Below are positions 1-15,199 of a DNA stretch of 64,000 nucleotides, piece after piece. Each line of letters opens with the position of its first letter. The stretch's first letter is position 1. Origin of the DNA: Macrostomum lignano. Lineage: Eukaryota. The stretch lies in contig NIVC01002123.1 of the NCBI GenBank assembly GCA_002269645.1, positions 1 through 64,000 of the forward strand. The letters are read 5' to 3'. The notes under the pieces were generated by a model. It ran no database searches. It saw only the letters and a list, made by a program, of their open reading frames with translations, and was not told the origin of the DNA. Position numbers and translations under genes: made by a program.

Positions 1-1175
1 CCATGGTTTATAAAACTGGACGGGTGGTTAAGCTGGACGACTACAGCTAAAATTACTGTTGAGTCAGTTATGCTAGACCACAGCAGCCAAATCACAGTTG
101 AGGTAAAGCTGACCATAGCTAATTCTCACTGTTGAGACGGGTGCTGCTGCTTGGCTCACAGCTAAATAACTGGACAGTTAAGCTAATCGGACTACAGCTA
201 AATCCCTGTTGAGACAGTTGCCTGGACCACAGCTAAAATCACTGTTGAGGCAGTTAAGTCTGGACAACAGCTAAAATTACTGTTGAGACAGTTAAGCCTT
301 GACTATAGCTAAATCATCGTTGAGGTAGTTAAGCCTGGACTATAGCTAAATCACTGTTGATGCAGTTTTAAGCTGGACCACAGCTAAATCATACTGCTGA
401 GGCAAAAGCTGGACCACAGCTAAATCATACTGCTGAGGCAAAAAAGCCGGACCACGGCTAAAAACTGTTGAGGCAAAAGCTGGACCACAGCTAAATCATA
501 CTGTTGAGGCAAAAGCTGGACCACAGCTAAATCATACTGTTGAGGCAAAAGCTGGACCACAGCTAAATCATACTGTTGAGGCAAAAGCTGGACCACAGCT
601 AAATCATACTGTTGAGGCAAAAGCTGGACCACAGCTAAATCATACTGTTGAGGCAAAAGCTGGACCACAGCTAAATCATACTGTTGAGGCAAAAGCTGGA
701 CCACAGCTAAATCATACTGTTGAGGCAAAAGCTGGACCACAGCTAAATCATACTGTTGAGGCAAAAGCTGGACCACAGCTAAATCATACTGTTGAGGCAA
801 AAGCTGGACCACAGCTAAATCATACTGTTGAGGCAAAAGCTGGACCACAGCTAAATCATACTGTTGAGGCAAAAGCTGGACCACAGCTAAATCATACTGT
901 TGAGGCAAAAGCTGGACCACAGCTAAATCATACTGTTGAGGCAAAAGCTGGACCACAGCTAAATCATACTGTTGAGGCAAAAGCTGGACCACAGCTAAAT
1001 CATACTGTTGAGGCAAAAGCTGGACCACAGCTAAATCATACTGTTGAGGCAAAAGCTGGACCACAGCTAAATCATACTGTTGAGGCAAAAGCTGGACCAC
1101 AGCTAAATCATACTGTTGAGGCAAAAGCTGGACCACAGCTAAATCATACTGTTGAGGCAAAAGCCAGACCATGGC
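1..1175. repeat. 36-bp tandem minisatellite (GCTAAATCATACTGTTGAGGCAAAAGCTGGACCACA), near-perfect from ~480, degenerate to the left
   Basis: Unit read directly; no unique spacers; explains ORF 420..1208 (LAVVQLLPQQYD)n. Confidence 0.97.
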
Positions 1176-1429
1176 TAAAGAAACGTATGAAAAAAAAATT
1201 ATTTGCATGGATTAATAATTTTTGTTTAATGATGACTGTACAAGATATTGACTTTATATTGAATTAAATAATTTCAATGAATGGTGAATAAAATTGAAAG
1301 AATTTTTTAGAATAATGAATTTATAGAGATTATATTATTGATTACAGACTTGTTTGATATATACTAAAAGAGCAATTACTTGGACACATTGCTGGCAAAA
1401 TTTTATGAAGAGTTAGAAAAAATGTCTTT

Positions 1430-1981
1430 TTAAGATAGGTCCCAATATTCAAATACTTGAGTTGTATTACAGGTCTTTGCTAATTCTACTTGGTAGAAGC
1501 CTGTGCTCATTTGAGAGACTTTTACAGACTTGATGTCCTTCTGTACAATAATTGGCGAGTTTAGCAGCGGTTGAACTTGGGTAGAAATAGCAATTGATGA
1601 TGATGGTGTTTCAGTTGCTGTCGTTGGTTTGGTACTTGTAGGCTTACTGCAAGTTTGCTTTGTTGGGTCATTGTAGCTGGTTGGTGATGGTGGTGGTGGT
1701 GCATACTGCAGTTGGTCAGTTGGTCGTGGGTTCGATTGCTGCCTAATTGACTGAATAACATCAGTTCTTGTGTAAATGCGATCTAACTCAGTTGTCTGTC
1801 TCTCGACATGAATCGAGGTTACTCTGGCGAGAGATGTAGAATATGATGCTCTTGCAGCAGAATTGGATGTGGTGGTGTCGTGGCAAATGCGTTTGCACTG
1901 ATCTGGAGGTGGCCGCGTGAAGAAACCATTCTTGAATGCTATAATAATGGATAAGATGAGGGAAATTTGGTATAGGTGCAT
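1430..1981 (-). CDS. Possible secreted S/T/P-rich protein with 4 Cys
   Basis: ATG-initiated 183-aa non-repeat ORF, hydrophobic N-terminus (MHLYQISLILSIIIAF), mucin-like middle; no family recognised. Confidence 0.35.
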   Translation of the reverse strand: MHLYQISLILSIIIAFKNGFFTRPPPDQCKRICHDTTTSNSAARASYSTSLARVTSIHVERQTTELDRIYTRTDVIQSIRQQSNPRPTDQLQYAPPPPSPTSYNDPTKQTCSKPTSTKPTTATETPSSSIAISTQVQPLLNSPIIVQKDIKSVKVSQMSTGFYQVELAKTCNTTQVFEYWDLS

Positions 1982-3577
1982 GTATACAATGTATATAGAA
2001 ACTGAACTAGCAGAGAATCAGTCTAAACAGAAACCGAACTAGCAGACAATCAATCTAGAAATTCTGAACTAGCAGAGTATTAGTCTAAACAGAAACCGAA
2101 CTAGCAGACAATCAATCTAGAGACTGAACAAACAGAGGATCGGTCTAAACAGAAACCGAACTAACAATCAATCTAGAAACTAAACTATAGCGAACAGTCA
2201 ATCTAAAAAAGAAAACTGAACTAGAGTAGGTGATTAGCTATCTTACCTTGTTTAACATAGCGCTCGGCCAATTCCTGCTGACGTGATCGCTTCATTTCAC
2301 TTAAGATGTAAGTATAGTTGAACAAGTAGTATAATGTAAACTTGGTTTAAATTATTTAATATTTTCTGTGTCAGTGTGTTCGTATATATATATAGTATAA
2401 AGAAGAAGCATGTTGACGCAGTTGTTGACATAGTATCTGTAAACCATCTGCTCAAGTTGGTGCAAAAATTCTATAGGCACTCAAGAATAGATCATTTACT
2501 ATCTTTCTTCAAAAGGGTGATAATATTCACAAGTTTTCAATATTTCAATAACACTTGAAATGTGTGAATAGCTTTGGAGTAAATTTGTCTTGAATGGAAT
2601 CCTTTGAAGTGTGTTTGTGTCACCATTGCTAGAATCGGTTACTTGTATTTTGGACAGGTGGATATGCAATTCGTCTGAATAATCACGTTGCGTAAAATAT
2701 ATTTAGCGTGCACTTGGAATTTCAGACTGCGTGCACATGGAATTTCAGACTGCGTGCACATGAAATTTCGGACTCTGCCATTTTTTTGGGCCTGCACTTA
2801 CTATGTATTTCGCCATAAGGAAATCGGCTTTGTGTCAAAAAAACGTATACTACTGACCGCTGCCATTCTAAAGAACCAGGATTCATGTGAATCCTAATTG
2901 TACGATGAGGTTAGAGATTCAGATCTGACAGTCTTTAACTGGCCCATCCGTAACCGTCCCTGACAGTTCCTAACTGACTGTCCAGGGAAGAGGGATGATT
3001 TTCACATAGACCAAACCCACTGACAAGGCTTGTGATTGTCAAACGATGGAGCACTTATTTTACTATGGACTAACGTATATTTTTTTCTTCTGTATGAAAT
3101 TCATTCGGTTGGCGCTTAAAAGCCAAAGCGAAAACGAAACCTTACCCAACAGTGGAAAATAAACTAATGCTAAAAAAGGTAGTTAATATATGTGTATCTC
3201 TAGCTAAGCCAGTGAGCTATCAAAGCTATCTGAATCCGTGGATGAATTGGTATTTATAGGTATCAAAATATTGAATCCATCATCCAGTTAAATAAAAGGT
3301 CACCTTATTTTACAGGCGTCAAACATTCACATTTGCCTACCTGCTGTGAAGCATTTCCTTCAATTATCGGTGGAGTCGTGCCGCTGAAACCGGAGTCATT
3401 GTTCAATAACTGCGAGCACGTGTACTACGAGTATAATAACTATTATGGATGGGCCTCGTAGGCATTTTGGCTTGTTTTATCAGTTTCTCTACTTTTAGTT
3501 CAGTAGCAAGGAAGAATGCGCAAGCTATTTGATGAAAAGAAATTCACATAGAATGACTTGCTATTAGAGTGACACTG

Positions 3578-3788
3578 AGAATTGTACAAATCAGCTTTGA
3601 GAATTGTACAAATCAGCTTTGAGAATTGTACAAATCAGCTTTGAGAATTGTACAAATCAGCTTTGAGAATTGTACAAATCAGCTTTGAGAATTGTACAAA
3701 TCAGCTTTGAGAATTGTACAAATCAGCTTTGAGAATTGTACAAATCAGCTTTGAGAATTGTACAAATCAGCTTTGAGAATTGTACAAG
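3578..3788. repeat. 22-bp tandem repeat (GAATTGTACAAATCAGCTTTGA), ~9 copies
   Basis: Read directly. Confidence 0.95.
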
Positions 3789-5429
3789 TCAACTCGGCTG
3801 GATCATGGAAAAAGATCGATGGATAGATAGATAGATAAATAATAGTACATTATACACATGTACCAACAAATTGCCAATAATTTAAAGGCCCACTTGATGC
3901 AGCTAGCGGCATATTGCCATCTATAAGTCGCAGTTACCTCGGGAGAAATGTGCTGTTTTTCACCTCTCTGTGAAGTATTTGAGCAATCGTTTCTCAAAAG
4001 ATTTTTGTATTTCATATCGTATTTGAAGTTTTGGAGTTGCAGTCTTTAGCTGATCTCATCAGACAGAGTGGGTGCACAGAATATACAGAATATATTCTAT
4101 GACATGCGTGTCTTTTTAAATTTACTCTGTCTCTTTTTCTTATCATATATCATATATACTCACCAACATTGACTTTTCAATGTTTGGTGAGTAGTAAGGG
4201 TTACAAGCCCAGTGTTAGGCTTTCTGTTCTCCGGGGTCTTTATTTATCCGGGGACACCGCAAAGCAAAATTATTGTCGCTTTGCGATAACCTACCCCTGA
4301 CTGACCCCTCTCTTTCAACCTACAGTCGGATGTCCTAAGACAACTTCCCCTTCTTGTGATCTCCGGGCCGGATAGCAGAGTCAGGGCCGTAGGATGTCCG
4401 GGAGAGACATCTCAAAGTGCCTGGACAATGCAAAGCAGCTCAAGATATCCGGGTAGGAGAAAACAAAGCAGGTTTTTTGCTTGGCAGTATCCGGGCGGAT
4501 ATCGTAAGTACGTTCGGATATCCGGGCCAGACAAAAAACCCCGGATAGTCTAAAGTGTAACACCGGGATTCACAGGGTCGGGATTCAATCCCGGAAAGTT
4601 AATGCTATGTTTTTTAATGTCTGATATAATAGCAATTAGCAAGACAGTTAGGTAAAATATGGAACATACATGCATCCATGTCCACTCTCTGTTGCCCACT
4701 TTGTAAAATCTTTGATGTTTGATTTCAGTCTTGTTTAAATAATTTAACGTTTGACTTTAAATTTTGAACTCATCGTGCATGTCGTGACAACCTTGACAGC
4801 GTGAATGCCCACTGCCCAGACAGTAGTAGGTTGTGATTGTGAATGTAATATATACATTCATATTGCTTTGCAGTGATACATGTATATTACATAATCTAAT
4901 ATATTTTATACATAATATATATATATGCATGTTACAATATTGATACTACGAGTAGTAATATACTACTATAATATTTAATATACGACGAGTATAATAACAT
5001 TGTTGCAATGTTATATATTACATTACCAGCCTAGCGTTACCCCTTTAGCTCCTACCATAACTGTAAGCGTTATAAAAATGTCATTCGCAGCATTTTTATG
5101 GGTTTATAACAATGTTATGACAAGGATGGTACTGGAAAATATCAATCCCGGGATTGACAGAATACGGGATTTTGTGACCCATAGTGAGTAGTCAAGAAAG
5201 TCAAGAAAACTGATTGGGGCAGCTTTAATCCGTCCAACCCTCGCACACCGCTCTCCCACTTCATTCCTCAACTCAAGTCTACCGCGGCGTAGCTAAGTTG
5301 CGTTACTCGCAAAGATTGAGAGGCTTTACCTGCACTCTCAAAAGTGGCGACCACAGACGGAATCTTCTGTGATGGCGACTTTTCGATGTTGTTGTGTATA
5401 AGATGCTGTATCAAAGGAGCACTTTGCAG

Positions 5430-6660
5430 GATTTAAGGTGGATGTTGTGATGTTGTGCAAAGTTGCCGTCACCGCTAGCTACTTGTCGTGCTCATCGACG
5501 GTGCTCTATCATCATTTACCCAGCGGATCCTGAAAGCCCGTCGAGCACGCTGGTCAGGACTCGTTGTAGAATCTGTGACACTGGCGTAAAACCCATGTAC
5601 AGACACGTTAGACTCTTCGGTGTCGAGAATGTCAGCAGGTCGCGATGATGGAACGCCTTGCTAATGCCCAAACTTTGGCAAGGGCTGTTTCTCGGGCATT
5701 ACGAACTTGTTCACATCTCTCATATCGTTTGTGATGCGCACTTGATGCGACTTGGCGGATGGCAGATCGGCACGGCTCCGTCTTGCAGGTGGATGCTAGC
5801 ATCAACGACCTTGACGTACCCGATTCCTGCAAAACGCTGTCTAAAGGTCTTGATGATTTTGCTTTGGCGCTTCTGTTGTGGCATTGTCTGATCGTCTGCC
5901 CGTCGCCGCAGCCGCCAATGCAGCGCTGAGTGGCTCCTGGAGCTCTTTTAGATGCCAGACGCAGGGATTGCGTGGTCCGATGCATAGGATTCCCAGCTCC
6001 TCGCTGGTCTCGCAGCCAACGATCGTGCACCCGTCTCCTTGACAATGTTGTAGTTGAGACTGGCGCTGACGTCATAAACGGGGGTCCGAAGGGTGGCTTT
6101 GCCAAGAGTGGCGAGGGGTTTGCTGGAGCCGAACGGGAAGACCCGCTGCTTTGACTCGCGAAGGTTGTCGGCCGTGCCTCTGATGACCTTGAATTATTTA
6201 GTCCATCAGGTTGCAGCTGGCGCCGCTGTCGACTAGCAGGTCTGTGGCGTGGCCGTTGATGTCCATTTTCACGAGCGGCAGTCGCTTACGTTGTGGCGTA
6301 AGGCAGCACACCTCGCAGCTGCTGTCGCTGTCTCTCTGTTGCTGATAAACCGGCTGCTTTTCGGCGATAGCGTGCACCTTTCTGAAGCTCACAGACTTTG
6401 ACAAGCACGCCTTCGCTAGGTGACCAACCGTGTTGCAGTTCCGACACGTCCTTCCTCTAGCCGCCTCGCCGTTCGATGGCCTGACTCTCCACGGCGGATT
6501 CACTTTGTTCTGGCTTGCTCCGGTCGGTCTCGCTTGGCGATACGCCGCATTGCGTTCACAGACTCAGATTGCAGATCGACCGCCGCGAATGCCCTGGCCT
6601 GCTTCAGTGCTTCTTTGAGCTGGATATCTGGTGTCTGCAGCAACAACCTACACCCGGTCA
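5430..6660 (-). mobile_element. Degenerate Ty3/Gypsy gag(CCHC)-protease-RT remnant
   Basis: CRNCNTVGHLAKAC zinc knuckle, LLVDSGASCNLMD protease, LGCETSEELGIL, FAGIGYVKVVDASIHLQDGAVPICHPP, DMRDVNKFVMPEKQPLP, HRDLLTFSTP...WVNDD across frameshifts and stops. Confidence 0.9.
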
Positions 6661-7030
6661 CGGATGATATGGCCTGCCAGCTGGAGTCGCCGACGGCGCA
6701 ACGGTTCGCTGGGACAGGCCGGTGCGGCGATAGAGCCAATCTTGCGCCGCATCGACCTGTTGTTCGAGCGATTCCGTCAGCATTCAGGTCTCGGCGTTGT
6801 ACAATAGGGACGGTCTCGATCATCGCCTGGAACAACGCCGCCCTCTGGCGGTCAGGCAGGGCCTCGGATTACAGGACAGCCCTCACGGAACGGCAGGCAA
6901 CCCAGGCAAGTCCACGGCGAAGTCGCAGATCCTCGCGAACGTCAGGCATCAGACCGCCGAGGTAGACGAACTGCTGATAGCGCGGAAGCTTCTTCACCTG
7001 CCCGTCAGCGCCTCGGCAGAAAATAGTACC
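6660..7030 (-). mobile_element. 3' fragment of RTE-like non-LTR retrotransposon RT
   Basis: Across frameshifts: FVYLGG..DVREDLRLRRGLAW...MIETVLLYNAET*MLTESLEQQVDAA...LRRRRLQLAGHIIR, the typical C-terminal RT/thumb of RTE LINEs. Confidence 0.85.
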
Positions 7031-7317
7031 CAATCTGCCCACCGTGCCAAAAGGTGGGGGCAGTTGTAGAGGCACAGACATTACTGCTAGCGATGCCAAT
7101 GTAGGCTGACTTTGGAGATAACAAACAATAACAACAACAAAAAACCACGTTGTCAGACAGTCACTCGAGTCATGAGAGGTAAAAGACAAAGTCACTGGAT
7201 GTAGGAGAAGGCTTGGCCACTTCACGGCTTTGATTGTCAATGCATTTTAATTAATCGATATTTGGGTGGAGTGGAGTTGCGCCTGATAAAAGAGAAAGGT
7301 CCAAGCTGATTGGCTAC

Positions 7318-7560
7318 AAGGACAACTTACTCGTAAGTAGAAGGACGCTACACTCGAAATCTATGGTAAATGTTTTGACGGCAAATTTTCGCCGAAAAAT
7401 ACATTACAGAGATAGGAGGTTTTAATTTTTTCAGCACAAAAATTGTTATTGCTTTTGATAGGAGGCAGATCCAGTGTTCATCTTTTGATATGTTGTGCCT
7501 TTCTTATTGCTCTATTTATCATTCATAAAGCTTTTCCTTCAGAAATAGTTTTAAAGGCAG
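7318..7560. mobile_element. Partial copy of the MITE arm found at 31928-32597
   Basis: GGACAACTT..GTAGAAGGACGC.ACACTCGAAATCTATGGTAAATGTTTTGA... matches 31928-32150. Confidence 0.8.
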
Positions 7561-7740
7561 GTTTCACCGGAAAAATACACTATGGAGATAGGAAATTTCA
7601 CGATTTTCAACACTAAGACAATGATTGGGTCTCTTAACAGTGTAATCACACTATTTTGTGCCTCACATGCTGCTCTAACGATTAAATCATGGCGAAAAAA
7701 TATTAGGCTCGTTTAAACGCATTGTTCTGCGGCCAATCGT

Positions 7741-7945
7741 TATAGAAGCTTTATACTCGTATATTAGATTTTGAGCTGCAAAACTCAAACTGTAAGTAGC
7801 ATTACTAAATGCCGAAATGTTTCCATAAAAGTTAACTGATTTTTTTTCTGCAGTTCGCAGCTCAATACGCACTCTGCCAACGGAGTGAGAGGGTGTGCGG
7901 CAACCGCTGCTACATCCCCATCGGCAAAGGTGCACAGGTAAATAA
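7741..7945 (+). pseudogene. Broken paralog of the Cys-rich peptide gene
   Basis: Intron 7792-7853 (GTAAGT..TTTCTGCAG); exon 2 FAAQYALCQRSERVCGNRCYIPIGK-(1-nt deletion)-CTGK*; in-frame TAG at 7765 and no ATG in the signal exon. Confidence 0.7.
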
Positions 7946-8238
7946 TTAACCCACCATCTCATTTACTGTTCAGACTATGCATATAAAATTATTTATGCAA
8001 AGCCCAATGACAGAAGCTTCTTTTCCCCAAGTCTTAGTCTAGTTCCCTCTAGTGCCCTCCCAAACTCGAAATTTCACATGTTCGGAATCGCAGTTATTCA
8101 ATATCCGTGAGACTTCAAGACTTCATTATCACAATAGTCCTAAGTAAACGTGTTAGCCTGTTATTATTACTAGGTAAAATTTCATCGTCACTCAAAGATA
8201 ACAACCTCTTCCAGCTATATTTGAGCACTTGAGGAGCA

Positions 8239-8472
8239 ATGAGACTCGCTATTACACTGGGACTTGCCTCTCTGGCTGTCATGTTGTGCGGCCAAACCCA
8301 CACTGTAAGTAGCATTGCTAAATATGTTTACATAAAATTTTATACATACATGTAGTCTAGTGAACAGAATCTTTTGCTGCAGATCGCATCTCACTACGTC
8401 TGCCAACGAGGGGAGGCGCTGTGTGGCAACCGCTGCTACAAGCCTTTTTATCGCATCTGCATAGGCAAATAA
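8239..8472 (+). CDS. Small secreted Cys-rich peptide, 51 aa (exons 8239-8304, 8383-8472)
   Basis: MRLAITLGLASLAVMLCGQTHT | IASHYVCQRGEALCGNRCYKPFYRICIGK*; canonical phase-0 GTAAGT..GCTGCAG intron; paralog 0.5 kb upstream has the same structure. Confidence 0.8.
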
Positions 8473-8879
8473 CCAACCGATGATTTTTTCCCGTTCAAAG
8501 ACGATGCGAAAAAAATTATTGCATGCAAAGCTCAATGACTGATGCTTCGTTTTACTAGGGTTGTATTTCACAAGTTTGCAATCACAGTTATTCAATAACT
8601 GCAACAATTCATGACTTCATTATCACAATTGGTCAAAGCGTGTTTACTTTTATACGCTCGTAACTGGATAATATGGGTCTAATTTTATTCTTGAGCAAAG
8701 AATTGAACACTTCAGTTATTGTCGCGTCAAGACCGGGGGACAGGGGGGGGGGACATGTCCAGCAGTAAAAGTTATGGGAGACATTCCAAGGCTTTGTCCT
8801 CCCACCTTTGTTGACCTCTTATGGAAATCAAAAATTTTGCTTCAGGGCGATAAAACAGCGCCTACGGCACGGCACCAAA

Positions 8880-9175
8880 ATGGTGCCTGCGGCGCCAAAA
8901 TGAGTGCCTGCGGCGCCAAAATGAGTGCCTGCGGCGCCAAAATGAGAGCCTGCGGCGCCAAAATGAGAGCCTACGGCGCCAAAATGAGAGCCTGCGGCGC
9001 CAAAATGAGAGCCTGCGGCGCCAAAATGAGAGCCTGCGGCGGCAAAATGAGTGCCTGCGGCGCGAAAATGAGAGCCTGCGGCGGCAAAATGAGAGCCTGC
9101 GGCGGCAAAATGAGAGCCTGCGGCGCCAAAATGAGAGCCTGCGGCGCCAAAATGAGAGCCTGCGGCGCCAAAATG
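8880..9175. repeat. 21-bp tandem repeat (GCCTGCGGCGCCAAAATGAGA), ~14 copies
   Basis: Read directly; explains four overlapping spurious ORFs. Confidence 0.95.
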
Positions 9176-9532
9176 ATCGCTGAAAACACGGATTCTGAAA
9201 ATAATGTACATGTAGGAATTTAAGTACAAAAGGAAAAATTGCAACAAAAGTGCAATTCAGCATAAGCTTCTTACAACTCGAGAAACAAGCAAAAACCACA
9301 GCGAAATTTTGCGTGTTAGATTGCAATTCTTGATCATTCTGCGCAACTTTGGTCGTCTAGTGCAGGAAACAAGCGCTGCGCAAAGTCACGCAACGATAAG
9401 GACAAAGTCTAAGCGATGTGTTCGCATAAACAAAGTGAAAATTGCATCCTGGCTTCAAATCAGGGTTAAAAGCACATTCGGCAACTTCTTTCACAATAAG
9501 GAATTTCACGAGCCGCTTGTCATATAGCTTCA

Positions 9533-13257
<3,725 letters not shown>

Positions 13258-13272
<15 letters not shown>

Positions 13273-13450
13273 AAGTCCTACCTTTGTTTGTCTGTTTGTG
13301 AATGACGCATTTAATACTGAATGCCTCAACCAAATTTGATCGCGTTTTTTTCTAAACCTGCAAATTTTTTCAAGGATTGTACCTAAAAATTTTCAAATAT
13401 TTGCTTCTGTGCTAAGTGGATTAAATATTCGAAAAACGAGTTTTCCTTAT
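13258..13450 (+). mobile_element. Helitron-like non-autonomous element 5' head (copies at ~15750-15895 and, more diverged, ~17150-17330)
   Basis: TCTAATATACTAAAAGTCCTACCTTTGTTTGTCTGTTTGTG...CTCAACCAAATTT is near-identical at 13258 and 15750; the TC start plus GTCTGT and AACC(G/A)ATTT pattern resembles Helitron-N heads; 3' CTRR end not identified. Confidence 0.5.
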
Positions 13451-13764
13451 GCTTTTAATGGGAGGCTAGAAAAGGTCAAAATCTCGACTGACTGAATTGA
13501 AACTCCAATTGAGATTGCGCCATAACCTTTTTCTCCAAGTTTCAATACTGGCTACAGTGTGCAAGGGAGAGAAAAAATGCTCAGTGGCTGTGTGTACATT
13601 CCTCTGACCCTAGCTGAATGGCGGACTGCATAGACAATTGCTATTTATAGATTTCACTCAACTGTGCATTGGCTCTGCCTGCGCACTGAGCAGCCTATCA
13701 CTGCTATGTATTTGACTGCAGTGTCGAAGCTTATATGGCTGATTTTCTCGCCTTTCCATCAACC

Positions 13765-13850
13765 GGCGGAGTAGCCGCATGTAGGCACTAGGTTTAGGCT
13801 GGGCGTAAGGTCCCAGGTTCGAATCCACCTCGCTGCGAACAAATAAATTT
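13765..13850 (+). mobile_element. tRNA-derived SINE-like head
   Basis: B-box GGTTCGAATCC near 13817; no full cloverleaf. Confidence 0.4.
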
Positions 13851-14423
13851 GAACTAATTTATATTTATTTGTAACTTATGCATGGACTAATTAGAACATC
13901 TTTCGATTAATATTGATTTATTAATAGCGATGGAAATTTTTTTATTAAGTAAAGCAATGAATTATTTTTGCTAATCGGCACAAGCCACTAAGCAAATTTG
14001 ATTTGTAAAACTGCTTCAAGTCTGGCTGATCTCATCAATGGGTGTTGCCTAGCTCCATTTAAAGTATGAAAGCGCTAAAATGCAGACAATGCTGCTAAAC
14101 TGCTGAAGGCATAGGCACAGCTAAATCCTGAGTTGTGCAAAAGTCCGCCGATATGTATCGAACACTGATTAATGAGTCGTACTAAATGCTGAGAAATGTT
14201 TTAAATTGTTGAAAGGATCATTGCAAGTTTGCTGAGACTGAGGAGCCAGCCGAGAGAACTGCAGAATGCTTGGGGATGAATGAAAATTCTTGAGGGAATA
14301 GTATAGGCTTCTCTTCGAAAATAGCCGCGTTGTAGAGGCAAAGCAGATGGTCGGCAATTGGAGTCTGCATTGAAGCTGAAAAGTATACCTATAACTTTGA
14401 AATTTTGAAATTTTCATTGAATG

Positions 14424-15127
14424 ATATAGCTTTTTGCAGCCCATTTGGGCTTACGTGCATTTAATTTAATCCAAATTGATTTGCTTAAGTAAATGAGCTT
14501 ATTGTCTATGGTAGAAAGGCTGCCACAGCGGCACTTAATTTAGTCCAACAAGCATCAATTTGGTCCATAGCTTCATTTGCAGCTGTTGCGGAGGAGCAAG
14601 ATCAGCTCCATAATTGTGAACCATGCTAGGTCGTCGAACGAATGCCACTGGCTTGTGGTCAAAGCAATCAACAGAGGTGAACACCCAAAGGACATTGCAA
14701 GGTTGCTGAATATATTGTAGAAGAAAGATGGTTTACAGCATCCATCAGCGTGTTGAAACCACTTCTGGCATAGGTCGCCTGTGAAAGGTGGCAATCGCCA
14801 AGGCAAGTTGCTAGAGACTCAGTTCCAACTGCTACTTAATGCAATTGAGACGAACCCTTTGAGACGAATTGAGACGAAAAGCGACTGAAAATTGCTGGTA
14901 CAGACGCTGACATTCCAGCGGTGCGCAACAAACCTTAGGCGGTTGCGAGAAGGCAAGAGTTTGCCATTGGCTCACAAGCATTTGGACCAAATTGATGCTT
15001 GTTGGACTAAATTAAATGCCGCTGTGGCAGCCTTGCTACCATAGACAATAAGCTCTGTTACATTGGCAAATGTATCTTGGATTAAATTAAATGCGCGTAA
15101 GCCCAAATAAACTGCAAAAAGCTATAT
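14424..15127. mobile_element. Foldback/MITE with ~145-bp imperfect terminal inverted repeats
   Basis: 14424-14567 is the reverse complement of ~14982-15127 (ATATAGCTTTTTGCAG...AAGCATCAATTTGGTCCA). Confidence 0.85.
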
Positions 15128-15199
15128 TATTCTGGGACTGCATTAATCTTTTAGATCAGTGCCAATCTATTGTATGTGCTAATTTGCAGAGAGCATTAC

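Noticed and set aside
420-1208. 262-aa ORF and CRISPR-like 36-bp period
   Set aside because: Head-to-tail repeats with no unique spacers, eukaryotic context, no cas genes; the ORF is a by-product of a stop-free 36-bp unit.
4211-4563. Possible MITE with GTGTTA...CCGGGGT ends
   Set aside because: Inverted similarity too degraded and no TSD; cannot support.
8774-9326. Overlapping ORFs (MRACGAK, FWRRRLS etc.)
   Set aside because: All are translations of the 21-bp array.
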